This document shows, piece after piece, positions 10,778 to 19,908 of a DNA stretch of 64,000 bases. Both the position numbers and the translations under genes were made by a program. The stretch covers positions 128,001-192,000 of the forward strand of contig JBHLJY010000005.1 in the NCBI GenBank assembly GCA_048887225.1. The letters are read 5' to 3'. Source of the DNA: Candidatus Hodarchaeota archaeon (GTDB lineage: Archaea; Asgardarchaeota; Lokiarchaeia; Sigyniarchaeales; SOKP01). Numbering within the stretch: position 1 is the first letter of the stretch; each line of letters opens with the position of its first letter. The notes below the pieces were generated by a model. The model worked only from the letters and a program-made list of their open reading frames with translations. It had not been told where the DNA came from and did not search any database.

Positions 10778-11083
10778 ATTTTTTATCAGCCTATTTTTTA
10801 ATTTTTATTAGATTTTTTTTTTGTATACATTAATGCATTGTTATAATTTGTTTTTTTATCTTTATAATTGTTTTTTTAATCAAAAAACAACAAATATCGA
10901 TATTTTGTTGTAAATAAAAAATTAAGTAATTAATAAACTGGATCTTTATAAATTTATTTAATCCAATATATGAATTATTTAAAGTGAGTGAGATTTTTTA
11001 ATTAAATCAAAAAATAGTTAAGTAAAAGCTATAATTCATTTACCATCAAATCGATTGTTTTTGTTAGATTTTTATTTTTTGAC

Positions 11084-11130
11084 AATTTCCCAAAAATGAG
11101 AGATCATAATATTCTCATTTATGGGAAATT
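11084..11130. promoter_or_regulatory. 18-bp inverted repeat (1 mismatch, 11-nt spacer) between divergent actin and wHTH genes; possible operator
   Basis: AATTTCCCAAAAATGAGA ... TCTCATTTATGGGAAATT. Confidence 0.5.
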
Positions 11131-11223
11131 ACAAAATTTTTATTGCGTTTAATTGAAATATTATGATTAATACACTATAACTTGAATTAGATTATAAAAT
11201 ATACAAGAAATGTGAGATTTGTT

Positions 11224-11763
11224 ATGAAGTTCGAAAATTTTATTATTACAACCCGTGTATTAAAATATATATTAGATCATCCTAGTTGCACCATCCCCGA
11301 TATAAAAAATTTCTTTGGTATAGAAAGCTCTAATCCGCCTAATTATGAAGAAAAGAACCTCTATAAAATAATAACAAATTTAGATAATTCTGGATTTATA
11401 GATAAAATTGATAGTATTACAGTTATGCCTAGAGGTGCGCATTATAATCTTAAAGCTACTAATAAAGGAACCCAGATTGTTTTAGCCTTTAAAAAGATTT
11501 TCTCTGATATGGAGTTAGATATTTCTCCAACACGAACTCAAAATAAAAATAATAGAAACGTGAGACCTAGAGAATTATCCACAGAATTCTCTAAACTTTC
11601 ATACTCCGTTCTTAACGGTTTGTTACAGGGATTTCTTAATGAATTACCACAAGATGCAAGATGGATTCTCCGTTCAAAAAGACCTAAATTAAACATTCTT
11701 CTTGAAAAATCTCACATGAAACTTCAAAATCAGGTATCAAAAACAATTGATTTTTTAACTTAA
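11224..11763 (+). CDS. Winged-helix DNA-binding protein
   Basis: VLKYI..P..TIPDI, LYKIITNLDNSGFI, ATNKG wing; ATG at 11224 preferred over GTG at 11212. Confidence 0.55.
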   Translation: MKFENFIITTRVLKYILDHPSCTIPDIKNFFGIESSNPPNYEEKNLYKIITNLDNSGFIDKIDSITVMPRGAHYNLKATNKGTQIVLAFKKIFSDMELDISPTRTQNKNNRNVRPRELSTEFSKLSYSVLNGLLQGFLNELPQDARWILRSKRPKLNILLEKSHMKLQNQVSKTIDFLT

Positions 11764-11772
11764 AGCAATAAT

Positions 11773-13218
11773 ATGAATTTAACTCCGAATTATATTAAAA
11801 ATAATTTAAATAAAATAGGGATTGAAGAGGCGTATTCTCTTTTAAAAGAGTGGATTACCAATTCAAACGATTTGAATTTAAGATTAGAATCGTTGAGGCT
11901 TTTTGGTAGAATTGAAAGTGGTAAAAATTTTAAATTTTTTGAACAATTATTTCTTTCAGACGAAAATAACGAGATTAGGATTAGTTGCGGAAAAATTTTA
12001 AAAGATAAATATTTAAAACATAAAAAAATTATTCCGCTCTTGGAATTTACTCTTTCCAATGTTAATAATTTTGAACAAAAATTTCTTGCTGTAGAGATAT
12101 TAAACATAATAAATACTACAAAAACAAGAAAGATAATTAAAAGTTTTCTTAAGAAATATATTAAGACAAAATTAAGGGACAAAAAAGAAGAATTTCCAAG
12201 AGAAATCTTTTCGCGCGATTTTGATATTCCAATTCCTAAATCTATATTAGAAATTTGTTTTAATGTAATACTTTATGATCATTACGTGAATGAGTGCGGA
12301 TGTAACGTTACTTTACGTGATGGTTTTATTATTTTATTAAATTTTGAAGGTTCTAATTTAAATATGATTAAAAATATAGATGCTTTGAATAAACTTACAC
12401 ACTTAGAACATTTACTAGTTCAAAGGAATAATATAAAAAAAATAGATGGTCTTGAAAAACTAGAAAACCTAAAAAAATTAGATTTATCAAAAAATAACAT
12501 AAAACGCATTGAAAATTTACAGAGTTTAAATAATTTAGAAGAACTAAATTTATCTTATAATAATATAAATGATATTGAAAATCTTAATTCTCTTAAAAAT
12601 TTGAAGAAATTAAATTTAGAATCGAATTCAATAAATATTATTGATGGACTACAGGATTTGAACAATTTAGAAGAGTTGAATTTAAGTCATAATAGAATAT
12701 TAGAAATTAAAAATTTAGAATCATTGGGAAAATTAAAAAAATTAAATCTTTCATTTAATCAAATTGAAAGAATATCAGAGTTAAAAAAAATGGAAAATTT
12801 AATATGGTTGTATCTTAATAATAATATAATTTCCCAAATTGAAGGTTTAGACTCTTTACACAGTCTTAGAGGACTTTACCTTTCTAATAATGTGATTAAA
12901 CGAATTGAAAATATAGAAAATTTAATTAATTTAAGTCAATTAGCGTTATCCAATAATAAAATTCATAAAATTGAAGGATTAACAAATCAATTAAAACTAA
13001 ATACGCTATATCTTGATGATAACAATATAAAGAAATTGGAGGGTATAAAGAATTTAAAGAATTTAAATCAACTTTATCTCGTGAATAATCAAATTTCGAA
13101 ATATAGCAATAAAGATGTTGAAAATTTAGAAAAATTATATTATATCTTTTTAAATGGTAATCCTCTCACTCCTGAAAGTTGGCTTTGTTATAAAAAAAAA
13201 ATGACGAGATTTCCATAA
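11773..13218 (+). CDS. Leucine-rich repeat protein (SDS22-like LRRs) with N-terminal HEAT-like helical region
   Basis: About 12 repeats of 22 aa, LxxLxLxxNxIxxIExL; NP capping motif. Confidence 0.9.
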   Translation: MNLTPNYIKNNLNKIGIEEAYSLLKEWITNSNDLNLRLESLRLFGRIESGKNFKFFEQLFLSDENNEIRISCGKILKDKYLKHKKIIPLLEFTLSNVNNFEQKFLAVEILNIINTTKTRKIIKSFLKKYIKTKLRDKKEEFPREIFSRDFDIPIPKSILEICFNVILYDHYVNECGCNVTLRDGFIILLNFEGSNLNMIKNIDALNKLTHLEHLLVQRNNIKKIDGLEKLENLKKLDLSKNNIKRIENLQSLNNLEELNLSYNNINDIENLNSLKNLKKLNLESNSINIIDGLQDLNNLEELNLSHNRILEIKNLESLGKLKKLNLSFNQIERISELKKMENLIWLYLNNNIISQIEGLDSLHSLRGLYLSNNVIKRIENIENLINLSQLALSNNKIHKIEGLTNQLKLNTLYLDDNNIKKLEGIKNLKNLNQLYLVNNQISKYSNKDVENLEKLYYIFLNGNPLTPESWLCYKKKMTRFP

Positions 13219-13315
13219 TTATTTCTTTTAATTCTTAAATTGATTGATTTTATTTTTATAATTTAAATTACTTATATATCTAAAGAACTTCTAAGTCACT
13301 CTATAGGGAATAAGT

Positions 13316-14146
13316 ATGACTCAACCAAACAACATACCCTCGTTTCAACCTCGTATAATAAAAAAAGACGATTTATATGGAGATAACGGTTATACATTGA
13401 GATTAATTAAGCCAAATATATATCAGTTTTATTGTATAGGTGCTGGCTGTCATGTTTATCTCGTAATTGGTGAAAATTTGAATGTATTAATAGACACCGG
13501 TATCGTCTCAAAATTTAATAGTTTTAATTATTTGCTCACTACAGAAATCGGGCTTAAAGTGGAGGATATTGATCTTGTAATTAATACACATGAACACTTC
13601 GACCACATAAGTTCGAACGCCTATTTTCATTGTCTTATTGCTGCTGGACGCTGGAGTGCAGTAAAAATCCAACACACAGATGAATTAATAACAAAAGGAA
13701 AGAAATGGGGAGTAGACTTATCAGACTTAAAAGTAAACATATGGCTTGAAAATAGAAACATATTTGATTTAGGAAATGTATTTTTGAAAGTAGTGGAAAC
13801 GCCTGGTCATACTTCTGGATGTATATGTCTTTACGAGCCTTTTAAACATTATATTTTTACTGGAGACACATTATTCCAGGGTGCAACAACAAACATATAT
13901 GAATCTGGCTCAATTTCAGAATACATTAATTCTCTAGAAATATTGAGCACTCTAAATATTAGCAGTTTTTATCCTGGACATGGAAAATATGTTTCTGGAG
14001 AGGACAATGTGAAAAAAGAAATCGCATCATCTATAGAAAACGCTAAAATGGAGCTTCAAACTTTTATTTATCGAATAAAATCCAAGCCGTTAGAGGAATC
14101 ACGACCACCCCCCTCTCTATATAATAGAGATGAAGAGGATTTATAG
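13316..14146 (+). CDS. MBL-fold metallo-hydrolase
   Basis: LIDTG, THEHFDH, TPGHT, FTGD, PGHG. Confidence 0.9.
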   Translation: MTQPNNIPSFQPRIIKKDDLYGDNGYTLRLIKPNIYQFYCIGAGCHVYLVIGENLNVLIDTGIVSKFNSFNYLLTTEIGLKVEDIDLVINTHEHFDHISSNAYFHCLIAAGRWSAVKIQHTDELITKGKKWGVDLSDLKVNIWLENRNIFDLGNVFLKVVETPGHTSGCICLYEPFKHYIFTGDTLFQGATTNIYESGSISEYINSLEILSTLNISSFYPGHGKYVSGEDNVKKEIASSIENAKMELQTFIYRIKSKPLEESRPPPSLYNRDEEDL

Positions 14147-14152
14147 ATATTA

Positions 14153-14761
14153 TTAATGTATTGCTTCAAGCTCAATTGGTTGACCACAATAATTACATAT
14201 TTTCAATTTTTTGGAAAATATTTTTCCACAATTTTTACAAGTTTGAAGGAATGTCAAAATAATAAGTTGGGCGACGTTTAAAAATGCTTTTTCGACGTTT
14301 TCTCCGGTTTTTGAAGAGGTTTCTATAGGATCTCCAATACAATTGAATTTTTGACTTGTTTTTTTCGCCTCTGCCATTGAAATTACTCTGTTATCTTTTA
14401 AATCAATTTTACTTCCAATCAATACTTTAATTACATTTTCGAGCGCATTTCCGTCTATGATTTTTACCCAATTTTTAATGTCGTCTAAAGAATCTTCATT
14501 TGTAGTATCATAAAGAATTAGGGCAGCGGAAGCTCCATTACAATAAGATGGGAAAAGAACTCTAAATCTTTCTTCTCCACCAAAGTCCCAAATATTCATC
14601 TCAATATCAATCTCATTTTCTAGTGCGACGACTTTTTTTCTAAACTCAACACCTATTGTAGACCTTGTCCTTTCATAAAAAACGTTATCGCAAAAGCGTG
14701 TTATCAAAGAGCTTTTCCCAACACCCAAAGATCCCGCAAGTATTATTTTATACTTAAGCAT
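14153..14761 (-). CDS. Rab-like small GTPase with C-terminal Zn-ribbon
   Basis: G1 GSLGVGKSS, G2 STIGVEF, G3 WDFGG, G4 SKID, G5 ETSSK; CKNC..CNYCG. Confidence 0.92.
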   Translation of the reverse strand: MLKYKIILAGSLGVGKSSLITRFCDNVFYERTRSTIGVEFRKKVVALENEIDIEMNIWDFGGEERFRVLFPSYCNGASAALILYDTTNEDSLDDIKNWVKIIDGNALENVIKVLIGSKIDLKDNRVISMAEAKKTSQKFNCIGDPIETSSKTGENVEKAFLNVAQLIILTFLQTCKNCGKIFSKKLKICNYCGQPIELEAIH

Positions 14762-14797
14762 TAAAAGATTATTTATTGAATTAACTTAAGTTAATTG

Positions 14798-14825
14798 TAG
14801 AATATGATCACTTAAAAGTTTTTCA
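14798..14825 (-). promoter_or_regulatory. BRE/TATA promoter of the GTPase at 14153-14761
   Basis: Minus strand GAAAAAC-TTTTAAGT; 26/28 identical to 15584-15611. Confidence 0.6.
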
Positions 14826-14915
14826 CGTTAAGAAAACGATAAAATTTCTAACTAATTTTTCCAATTTCGATAAAAATGTATTAAATTTTTTTTAGAGATT
14901 AGATATTTTTATATT

Positions 14916-15527
14916 TTATTGAGATATTGCTTCAATCTCAATTTTTTGGCCGCAATAATTACATATATTCAATTTTTTAGAAAAAATTTTTCCACAATTT
15001 TTACATAGTTGAAGATACCTTGAAAGAATTTCTCTACAAACGTTTAAGAACGCTATTTCTACGTTTTCTCCGGTTTTTGACGAGGTTTCTATAGGCTCTC
15101 CAAAACAATTGAATTTTTCTCTTGCTTCTTTCGCTTCTTCCATGGATATTACTCTTTTATCCTTTAAATCGATTTTACTCCCAATTAATACCTTAATTAC
15201 ATTTTCAAAGGCGTTAGCGTCAATTATTTTTACCCAATTTTCCACATCTTTCAGTGATTCTTTGTTTGTCGTATCATAAAGAATTAAAGCAGCAGAAGCA
15301 CCATTACAATATGAAGGAAAAAGAGTTCTATATCTTTCTTCTCCTCCAAAATCCCATATATTTAATTCAATATCTAGCTTTCCATCAACATTAACTTTTT
15401 TCTTTTTAAAGGCAACACCTATAGTTGACATCATCCTTTCGTGAAATACATCATCACAGAATCGGGTTATCAAAGAGCTTTTTCCTACGTCCTTAGACCC
15501 TGCTAAAACTATCTTATATTTAAGCAT
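14916..15527 (-). CDS. Rab-like small GTPase with C-terminal Zn-ribbon (tandem paralog)
   Basis: Same G1-G5 motifs; long stretches identical to 14153-14761. Confidence 0.92.
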   Translation of the reverse strand: MLKYKIVLAGSKDVGKSSLITRFCDDVFHERMMSTIGVAFKKKKVNVDGKLDIELNIWDFGGEERYRTLFPSYCNGASAALILYDTTNKESLKDVENWVKIIDANAFENVIKVLIGSKIDLKDKRVISMEEAKEAREKFNCFGEPIETSSKTGENVEIAFLNVCREILSRYLQLCKNCGKIFSKKLNICNYCGQKIEIEAISQ

Positions 15528-15583
15528 TATATAATAGTTCTTCTATATTTATGAAGTTAATTTCAAAATAATTAATAAAATTT

Positions 15584-15611
15584 TAGAATATAATCATTTA
15601 AAAGTTTTTCA
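15584..15611 (-). promoter_or_regulatory. BRE/TATA promoter of the GTPase at 14916-15527
   Basis: Minus strand GAAAAAC-TTTTAAAT; near-duplicate of 14798-14825. Confidence 0.6.
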
Positions 15612-15690
15612 TAATAGGAATTGGATAAAAATTTTCACAAATTTTAACGCAAATTAATGATTTTTTTTAAAATTAAACATCATTATTAAT

Positions 15691-16251
15691 TTATTTTTTT
15701 ATATAATCGTTTATCCATAATTCTTGCATTACTTCGTCATAATAAGTTGAATTCATGTAGAATTGTTTTTTTCTAACACCAATTACTTTAAAACCTAGTT
15801 TTTTGTAAAGGTGTAAGGCACGTTCATTGGTAGAGAAACAGCTTAGTATTATTTTTTCTTTGTTATTTAATATTTTAGACTCACGAATAGCCGCATCTAT
15901 AAGGTTGAATCCAATTCCCATATCTCGATATTTGCTTGAGACAATAATTCCGAGCCGAGCGACGTGAGATGCAGCTTCCCATTCCAAATTTGAAATTTCA
16001 CATTGCCCTATGATGTGAAAAGGAGATTTCAGAGTTGAGATTTCTGCTACAATGCATATTTCTTTTTCTCTTTTAATATTCCCGTACCAAGTATCTTTTT
16101 CTATTTGTGATAATACAGGTGTTAAAACAGGTAGATAAATTCCTTCTTCTAACACATCGTTAAAATTTTTCCAAACTCCATCTATATCCGTCTTTTTTAT
16201 ATGACGAATAATGACTTTTTCGCCGGTTTTTAACTCTAAGACTTTTTTCAT
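15691..16251 (-). CDS. GNAT family N-acetyltransferase
   Basis: VSSKYRDMGIG, NERALHLYKKLGF, G.RKKQ. Confidence 0.9.
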   Translation of the reverse strand: MKKVLELKTGEKVIIRHIKKTDIDGVWKNFNDVLEEGIYLPVLTPVLSQIEKDTWYGNIKREKEICIVAEISTLKSPFHIIGQCEISNLEWEAASHVARLGIIVSSKYRDMGIGFNLIDAAIRESKILNNKEKIILSCFSTNERALHLYKKLGFKVIGVRKKQFYMNSTYYDEVMQELWINDYIKK

Positions 16252-16328
16252 AATTTAAAGATGTTTATTTCTAATATTTGGATAATAAATATAATTATTT
16301 TTATAATTTTATTGTTTATTTTAATATT

Positions 16329-16778
16329 ATGGAAAGTGAAAAAGATGAAGAAGTAGAAAAAAAAGAGGAAGAAACTGCTAATTTGTCAAAGCAACTTGAT
16401 CAAGATAAAAAGAAACTAGTTGCTAAAGATTTAGTTGAATTAGAACACGTTGATGTCAAAAAGCAGGAAGTAAGTCAAGAAACAAAGGAATTAGCAAACG
16501 CTTTAAAACAGAGAGAACTGGAGGAAGGAATTTCTGAAGAACTTACAAACGATGAGATAACGATCCTTGAATCTTTTATAGGGAAAAGGTTGTTCCTTAG
16601 GCGAATAGCAATTGTAGCCAATCAAAGTAGGATACCATTAGGAATTGAACCGTTTAAAAAAGATGATTTAGAACTCTTACTCGATCGCTTAATTCATAAA
16701 GGTTTTATAGATTTTGATATAGTTAACGACGAAAGAGTCTATTTTCTTACTGAGAAAGGGAAAGAAAAAATTCAATGA
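16329..16778 (+). CDS. Hypothetical protein, acidic N-terminus and C-terminal winged helix
   Basis: LDRLIHKGFI...YFLTEKG wing; ATG at 16329 preferred over TTG at 16278. Confidence 0.6.
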   Translation: MESEKDEEVEKKEEETANLSKQLDQDKKKLVAKDLVELEHVDVKKQEVSQETKELANALKQRELEEGISEELTNDEITILESFIGKRLFLRRIAIVANQSRIPLGIEPFKKDDLELLLDRLIHKGFIDFDIVNDERVYFLTEKGKEKIQ

Positions 16779-16790
16779 AAATAAAAAAAA

Positions 16791-17099
16791 TTAATCTTTT
16801 TTTAAAATAAGTTTATTTATTGGAATATCTTGCCACTCTCCTGAAGGAAGCTCGCGGCGTATTGTAAGTGGCAGGATGCCTTCTCTCAATTCTAACTGAG
16901 CAATTTTAATAGGATCAATCACATTTATTGGCTTTTCAATTAATATCGGGGCACCAAAACTTATTTGAAGAGCTCTTGCACCAACTATTCGAGCTTTTTC
17001 GTATCGAGTTAAAAAAATTGCTCCTATCTTTACGTATTTTCTTACTTCTTTGTAAACTTTGCGCAAGTTCCGAGACTCTAAGAAACTTGATTCAGGCAC
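16791..17099 (-). CDS. rpoK: DNA-directed RNA polymerase subunit Rpo6 (K)
   Basis: LTRYEKARIVGARALQIS.GAP, PLTIRR.LP; the longer track ORF runs into the tRNA, so GTG at 17099 was chosen. Confidence 0.93.
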   Translation of the reverse strand: MPESSFLESRNLRKVYKEVRKYVKIGAIFLTRYEKARIVGARALQISFGAPILIEKPINVIDPIKIAQLELREGILPLTIRRELPSGEWQDIPINKLILKKD

Positions 17100-17190
17100 G
17101 GTTAAACTAACCAAAAATGAGTAATTATCAAGTAAAATACTTGATATCATATAACTTTTTTGGTCAAAAAAATTAGTGCGCGGAGGGGGA

Positions 17191-17220
17191 ATTCCGCATA
17201 GATCCAAAGTAGATCGGTGA
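17191..17220 (-). other. tRNA intron, 30 nt, position 59/60
   Basis: Outer stem GGGGG/CCCCC, central helix TTCG/CGGA, bulges AAT and ATT, inner CA/TG; splicing gives T-loop TTCGAAT. Confidence 0.88.
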
Positions 17221-17235
17221 TTCGAACCCCCGACC

Positions 17236-17266
17236 ATCGTGACCTATACATATGTTTAAATAGGTA
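17236..17266 (-). other. tRNA intron, 31 nt, position 44/45
   Basis: Central helix CGTG/CACG, bulges TAT and ATG, inner stem ACCTAT/ATAGGT; splicing gives variable loop AGGTC. Confidence 0.88.
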
Positions 17267-17489
17267 TACACGGTGTGAGCGTGTCGTTATCGCCAAGCTA
17301 AACCATCCGCGCATTCTACTATTATGAAGAAAAGAGTAGAATGAATTAAAATTTTCTTTTTCAATACCAATTTAAATGCTAATTATTATGACTTAAATAA
17401 TATTTTTTAAGAGATCTTTAAGACTCTATTACTTTATATAATTTCTTTAATCCACAGTATTATAAACAACTAAGGAATTATGTTTACTG

Positions 17490-19838
17490 GTGATTTCATT
17501 TTCGAAAACTAAAGAATTTATTACTCATCCGTTAATTAAGAGAGATTTAATTTTAAGACGGGCATATCAAGAGAATATATTTGTTAATTGCTTAAATCAA
17601 AATTGTTTAGTCGTAATTCCTACGGGTTTGGGCAAAACTGTTATAGGTCTAATGCTTGCTGTACATAGATTGACAGAAAAACCAAATTCTAAGGTTATTT
17701 TTTTAGCGCCAACAAAACCGTTAGTAGAACAACACTATAAATCATTTTTAGATTTTACACTTCTCCAGCCAGAATCGTTAAAATCCATAACGGGGGCAAT
17801 AGCGCCGGACAAAAGAAAGAAGATATGGGAAACTACAATCATTGCTTTTATGACGCCCCAAGTACTTCAAAACGACATTATATCAAACCTTTATTCAATT
17901 AAGGATGTTTCGCTAATTATATTTGATGAATGTCATAGAGCCGTGGGTGATTATGCGTATTGTTTTATTGCCAAAAAATATTTAGAAGATTCAAATTTTC
18001 CTCAAATATTAGGTCTTACAGCTAGTCCTGGTTCTACTGAAGAAAAAATCAGCGAAATTAAGACCAATCTATATATAGATCACGTAGAAGTTAGAACAGA
18101 AAAAGATTTGGATGTAATACCATATATTCATAATGTTGATAACGAATGGATTAAAATTAAACTTCCAAAAGAGTTTTTGGAAATAAAAAAAATATTAACC
18201 GAAAAATTAAAAGAAATTTATAAATGGTTAAAAGAAAACGATTTATTAGATTCCTATGATATTAATAAAATCAACAGAAAAGATCTATTAAAGTTAAATA
18301 GAGTAATCAATGGTAGAATTTCTGCTACTCGTAACAATCACGAAAGGTTCCAATTGTTCTACGCTAAAAAATTAGCAGCTAATGCAATACGGTTATCACA
18401 TATGACGGAATTAATAGAGACACAAGGTATAAATGCCCTAAAAGAATACATTGAAAAAAATGAATTAAAAATTAAGAAAAACACTGCAAATAAATCCTTG
18501 AAAGAATTATTTAATGATAATGATTTTAAACGAGTTCAAAAATTAACAAACCAAATACAAGCTAAAGGCATTTATCATCCTAAATTGGAAAAATTAAAAG
18601 AAATCTTAAATTCTCAAATAGTCGAAAATAAAACCTCGAGGATTTTAGTATTTTGTCATTTTAGGGACTCTGTTAATAACATAGTGAATTTTTTTGAAAA
18701 TTCTCCAATAGTAAGAGCTCATAAATTTATAGGACAAGCTACAAAAGGTTCTGATAGAGGTTTAACGCAAAAAGAACAAATTGCATTACTTAAAGAATTT
18801 AAAACAGGGACTTATAACACATTAGTTGGAACGAGCGTCGCTGAAGAAGGATTGGATATCGCAGAATGCGATTTAGTCGTTTTTTACGATGTTGTGCCAA
18901 GTGCGATACGATCTATTCAACGTAGAGGACGTACAGGCAGGAAAAAAGAAGGTAAGGTTTTTGTTTTGATGGCTGAAGACACACGGGATGAAGGATACTA
19001 TTGGGCTGAAAAAATAAAAGAAAAAACCATGAAGGATAGTCTAAAGAAAATTAAAGAAGCTGAGAATCAATCGAAATCAGGACAATCTAACCTTTTAAAT
19101 TTTATTTCTCAAGAAAAAGAAAAGAAGAGTGAATTAAGAAAAGTAGATGATATAGACTCTAATACAATTAAAAGAATTGAAGAGGCTAACAGTTATGAGA
19201 TCGTATGCGATAATCGAGAAACCGCATCACCAGTCGTTAGAAAGTTGTCGTTAATAGGAATAAATTTAAAATTGGAACAATTAGATGTGGCCGATTATAT
19301 CATTTCAAATCGAGTTGGAATCGAAAGAAAAACAGCCCTAGATTTTAACGATTCTATAAAAGATGGAAGGTTATTTAACGAATTAATAGAATTAGGAAAT
19401 AATTTTGAGAGACCAATTTTGATTTTAGAGGGAGATCCATTTTTAAATTCAAAAATTAACGATAATGCTCTTTATGGAGCTATAACCTCAATTATTTTAA
19501 ATTTAGGGATATCTGTTTACAAGACAAAAGATTCCATGGAAACTGCAATATTCTTATACCAGTTAGCTAAAAAAGAACAACAATCTTATTCTAAAGGCAA
19601 AATAAAATTAAGATTTGATAAAGCACCTATTGAAAAGTCTTATTTATTAGAATATATAGTTGCTGGAATTCCTGGTGTAAATTCTTTGAGAGCTAAGAAT
19701 TTATTGAGTGAGTTAAAAACTCTAAAAAATATTATTAATTCGGACATTGGGGAATTAATGAAAGTTGAGAACATTGGCAAAAAAATTGCGCAAAATATCT
19801 ATAAATTGGCTAGGTGGAAGTATCAAAATAAATCTTAA
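17490..19838 (+). CDS. hef: Hef (FANCM-like DEAH helicase fused to ERCC4/XPF nuclease)
   Basis: PTGLGKT, DECH, LTASPG, EEGLD, QRRGRTGR, ERKTALD, C-terminal HhH. Confidence 0.95.
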   Translation: MISFSKTKEFITHPLIKRDLILRRAYQENIFVNCLNQNCLVVIPTGLGKTVIGLMLAVHRLTEKPNSKVIFLAPTKPLVEQHYKSFLDFTLLQPESLKSITGAIAPDKRKKIWETTIIAFMTPQVLQNDIISNLYSIKDVSLIIFDECHRAVGDYAYCFIAKKYLEDSNFPQILGLTASPGSTEEKISEIKTNLYIDHVEVRTEKDLDVIPYIHNVDNEWIKIKLPKEFLEIKKILTEKLKEIYKWLKENDLLDSYDINKINRKDLLKLNRVINGRISATRNNHERFQLFYAKKLAANAIRLSHMTELIETQGINALKEYIEKNELKIKKNTANKSLKELFNDNDFKRVQKLTNQIQAKGIYHPKLEKLKEILNSQIVENKTSRILVFCHFRDSVNNIVNFFENSPIVRAHKFIGQATKGSDRGLTQKEQIALLKEFKTGTYNTLVGTSVAEEGLDIAECDLVVFYDVVPSAIRSIQRRGRTGRKKEGKVFVLMAEDTRDEGYYWAEKIKEKTMKDSLKKIKEAENQSKSGQSNLLNFISQEKEKKSELRKVDDIDSNTIKRIEEANSYEIVCDNRETASPVVRKLSLIGINLKLEQLDVADYIISNRVGIERKTALDFNDSIKDGRLFNELIELGNNFERPILILEGDPFLNSKINDNALYGAITSIILNLGISVYKTKDSMETAIFLYQLAKKEQQSYSKGKIKLRFDKAPIEKSYLLEYIVAGIPGVNSLRAKNLLSELKTLKNIINSDIGELMKVENIGKKIAQNIYKLARWKYQNKS

Positions 19839-19908
19839 ATCAGTAAATATTATTAAACATCTTAATTAATAATAATATAATTGAATTATTTTTAGGAAGA
19901 TCTTTCAA

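Larger units (their letters stand above)
17177..17312 (-). tRNA. tRNA-Val(CAC) with two introns; exons 17312-17267, 17235-17221, 17190-17177
   Basis: Acceptor GCGCGGA/TCCGCGC+A, anticodon arm ACACG-CTCACAC-CGTGT, T-arm GGGGG-TTCGAAT-CCCCC after removing two BHB inserts; 75 nt spliced, CCA not encoded. Confidence 0.93.

Noticed and set aside
17100-17237. N-terminal extension of the rpoK ORF (148 aa in the track)
   Set aside because: It runs through the tRNA-Val gene and the probable promoter, so it is a chance open frame.
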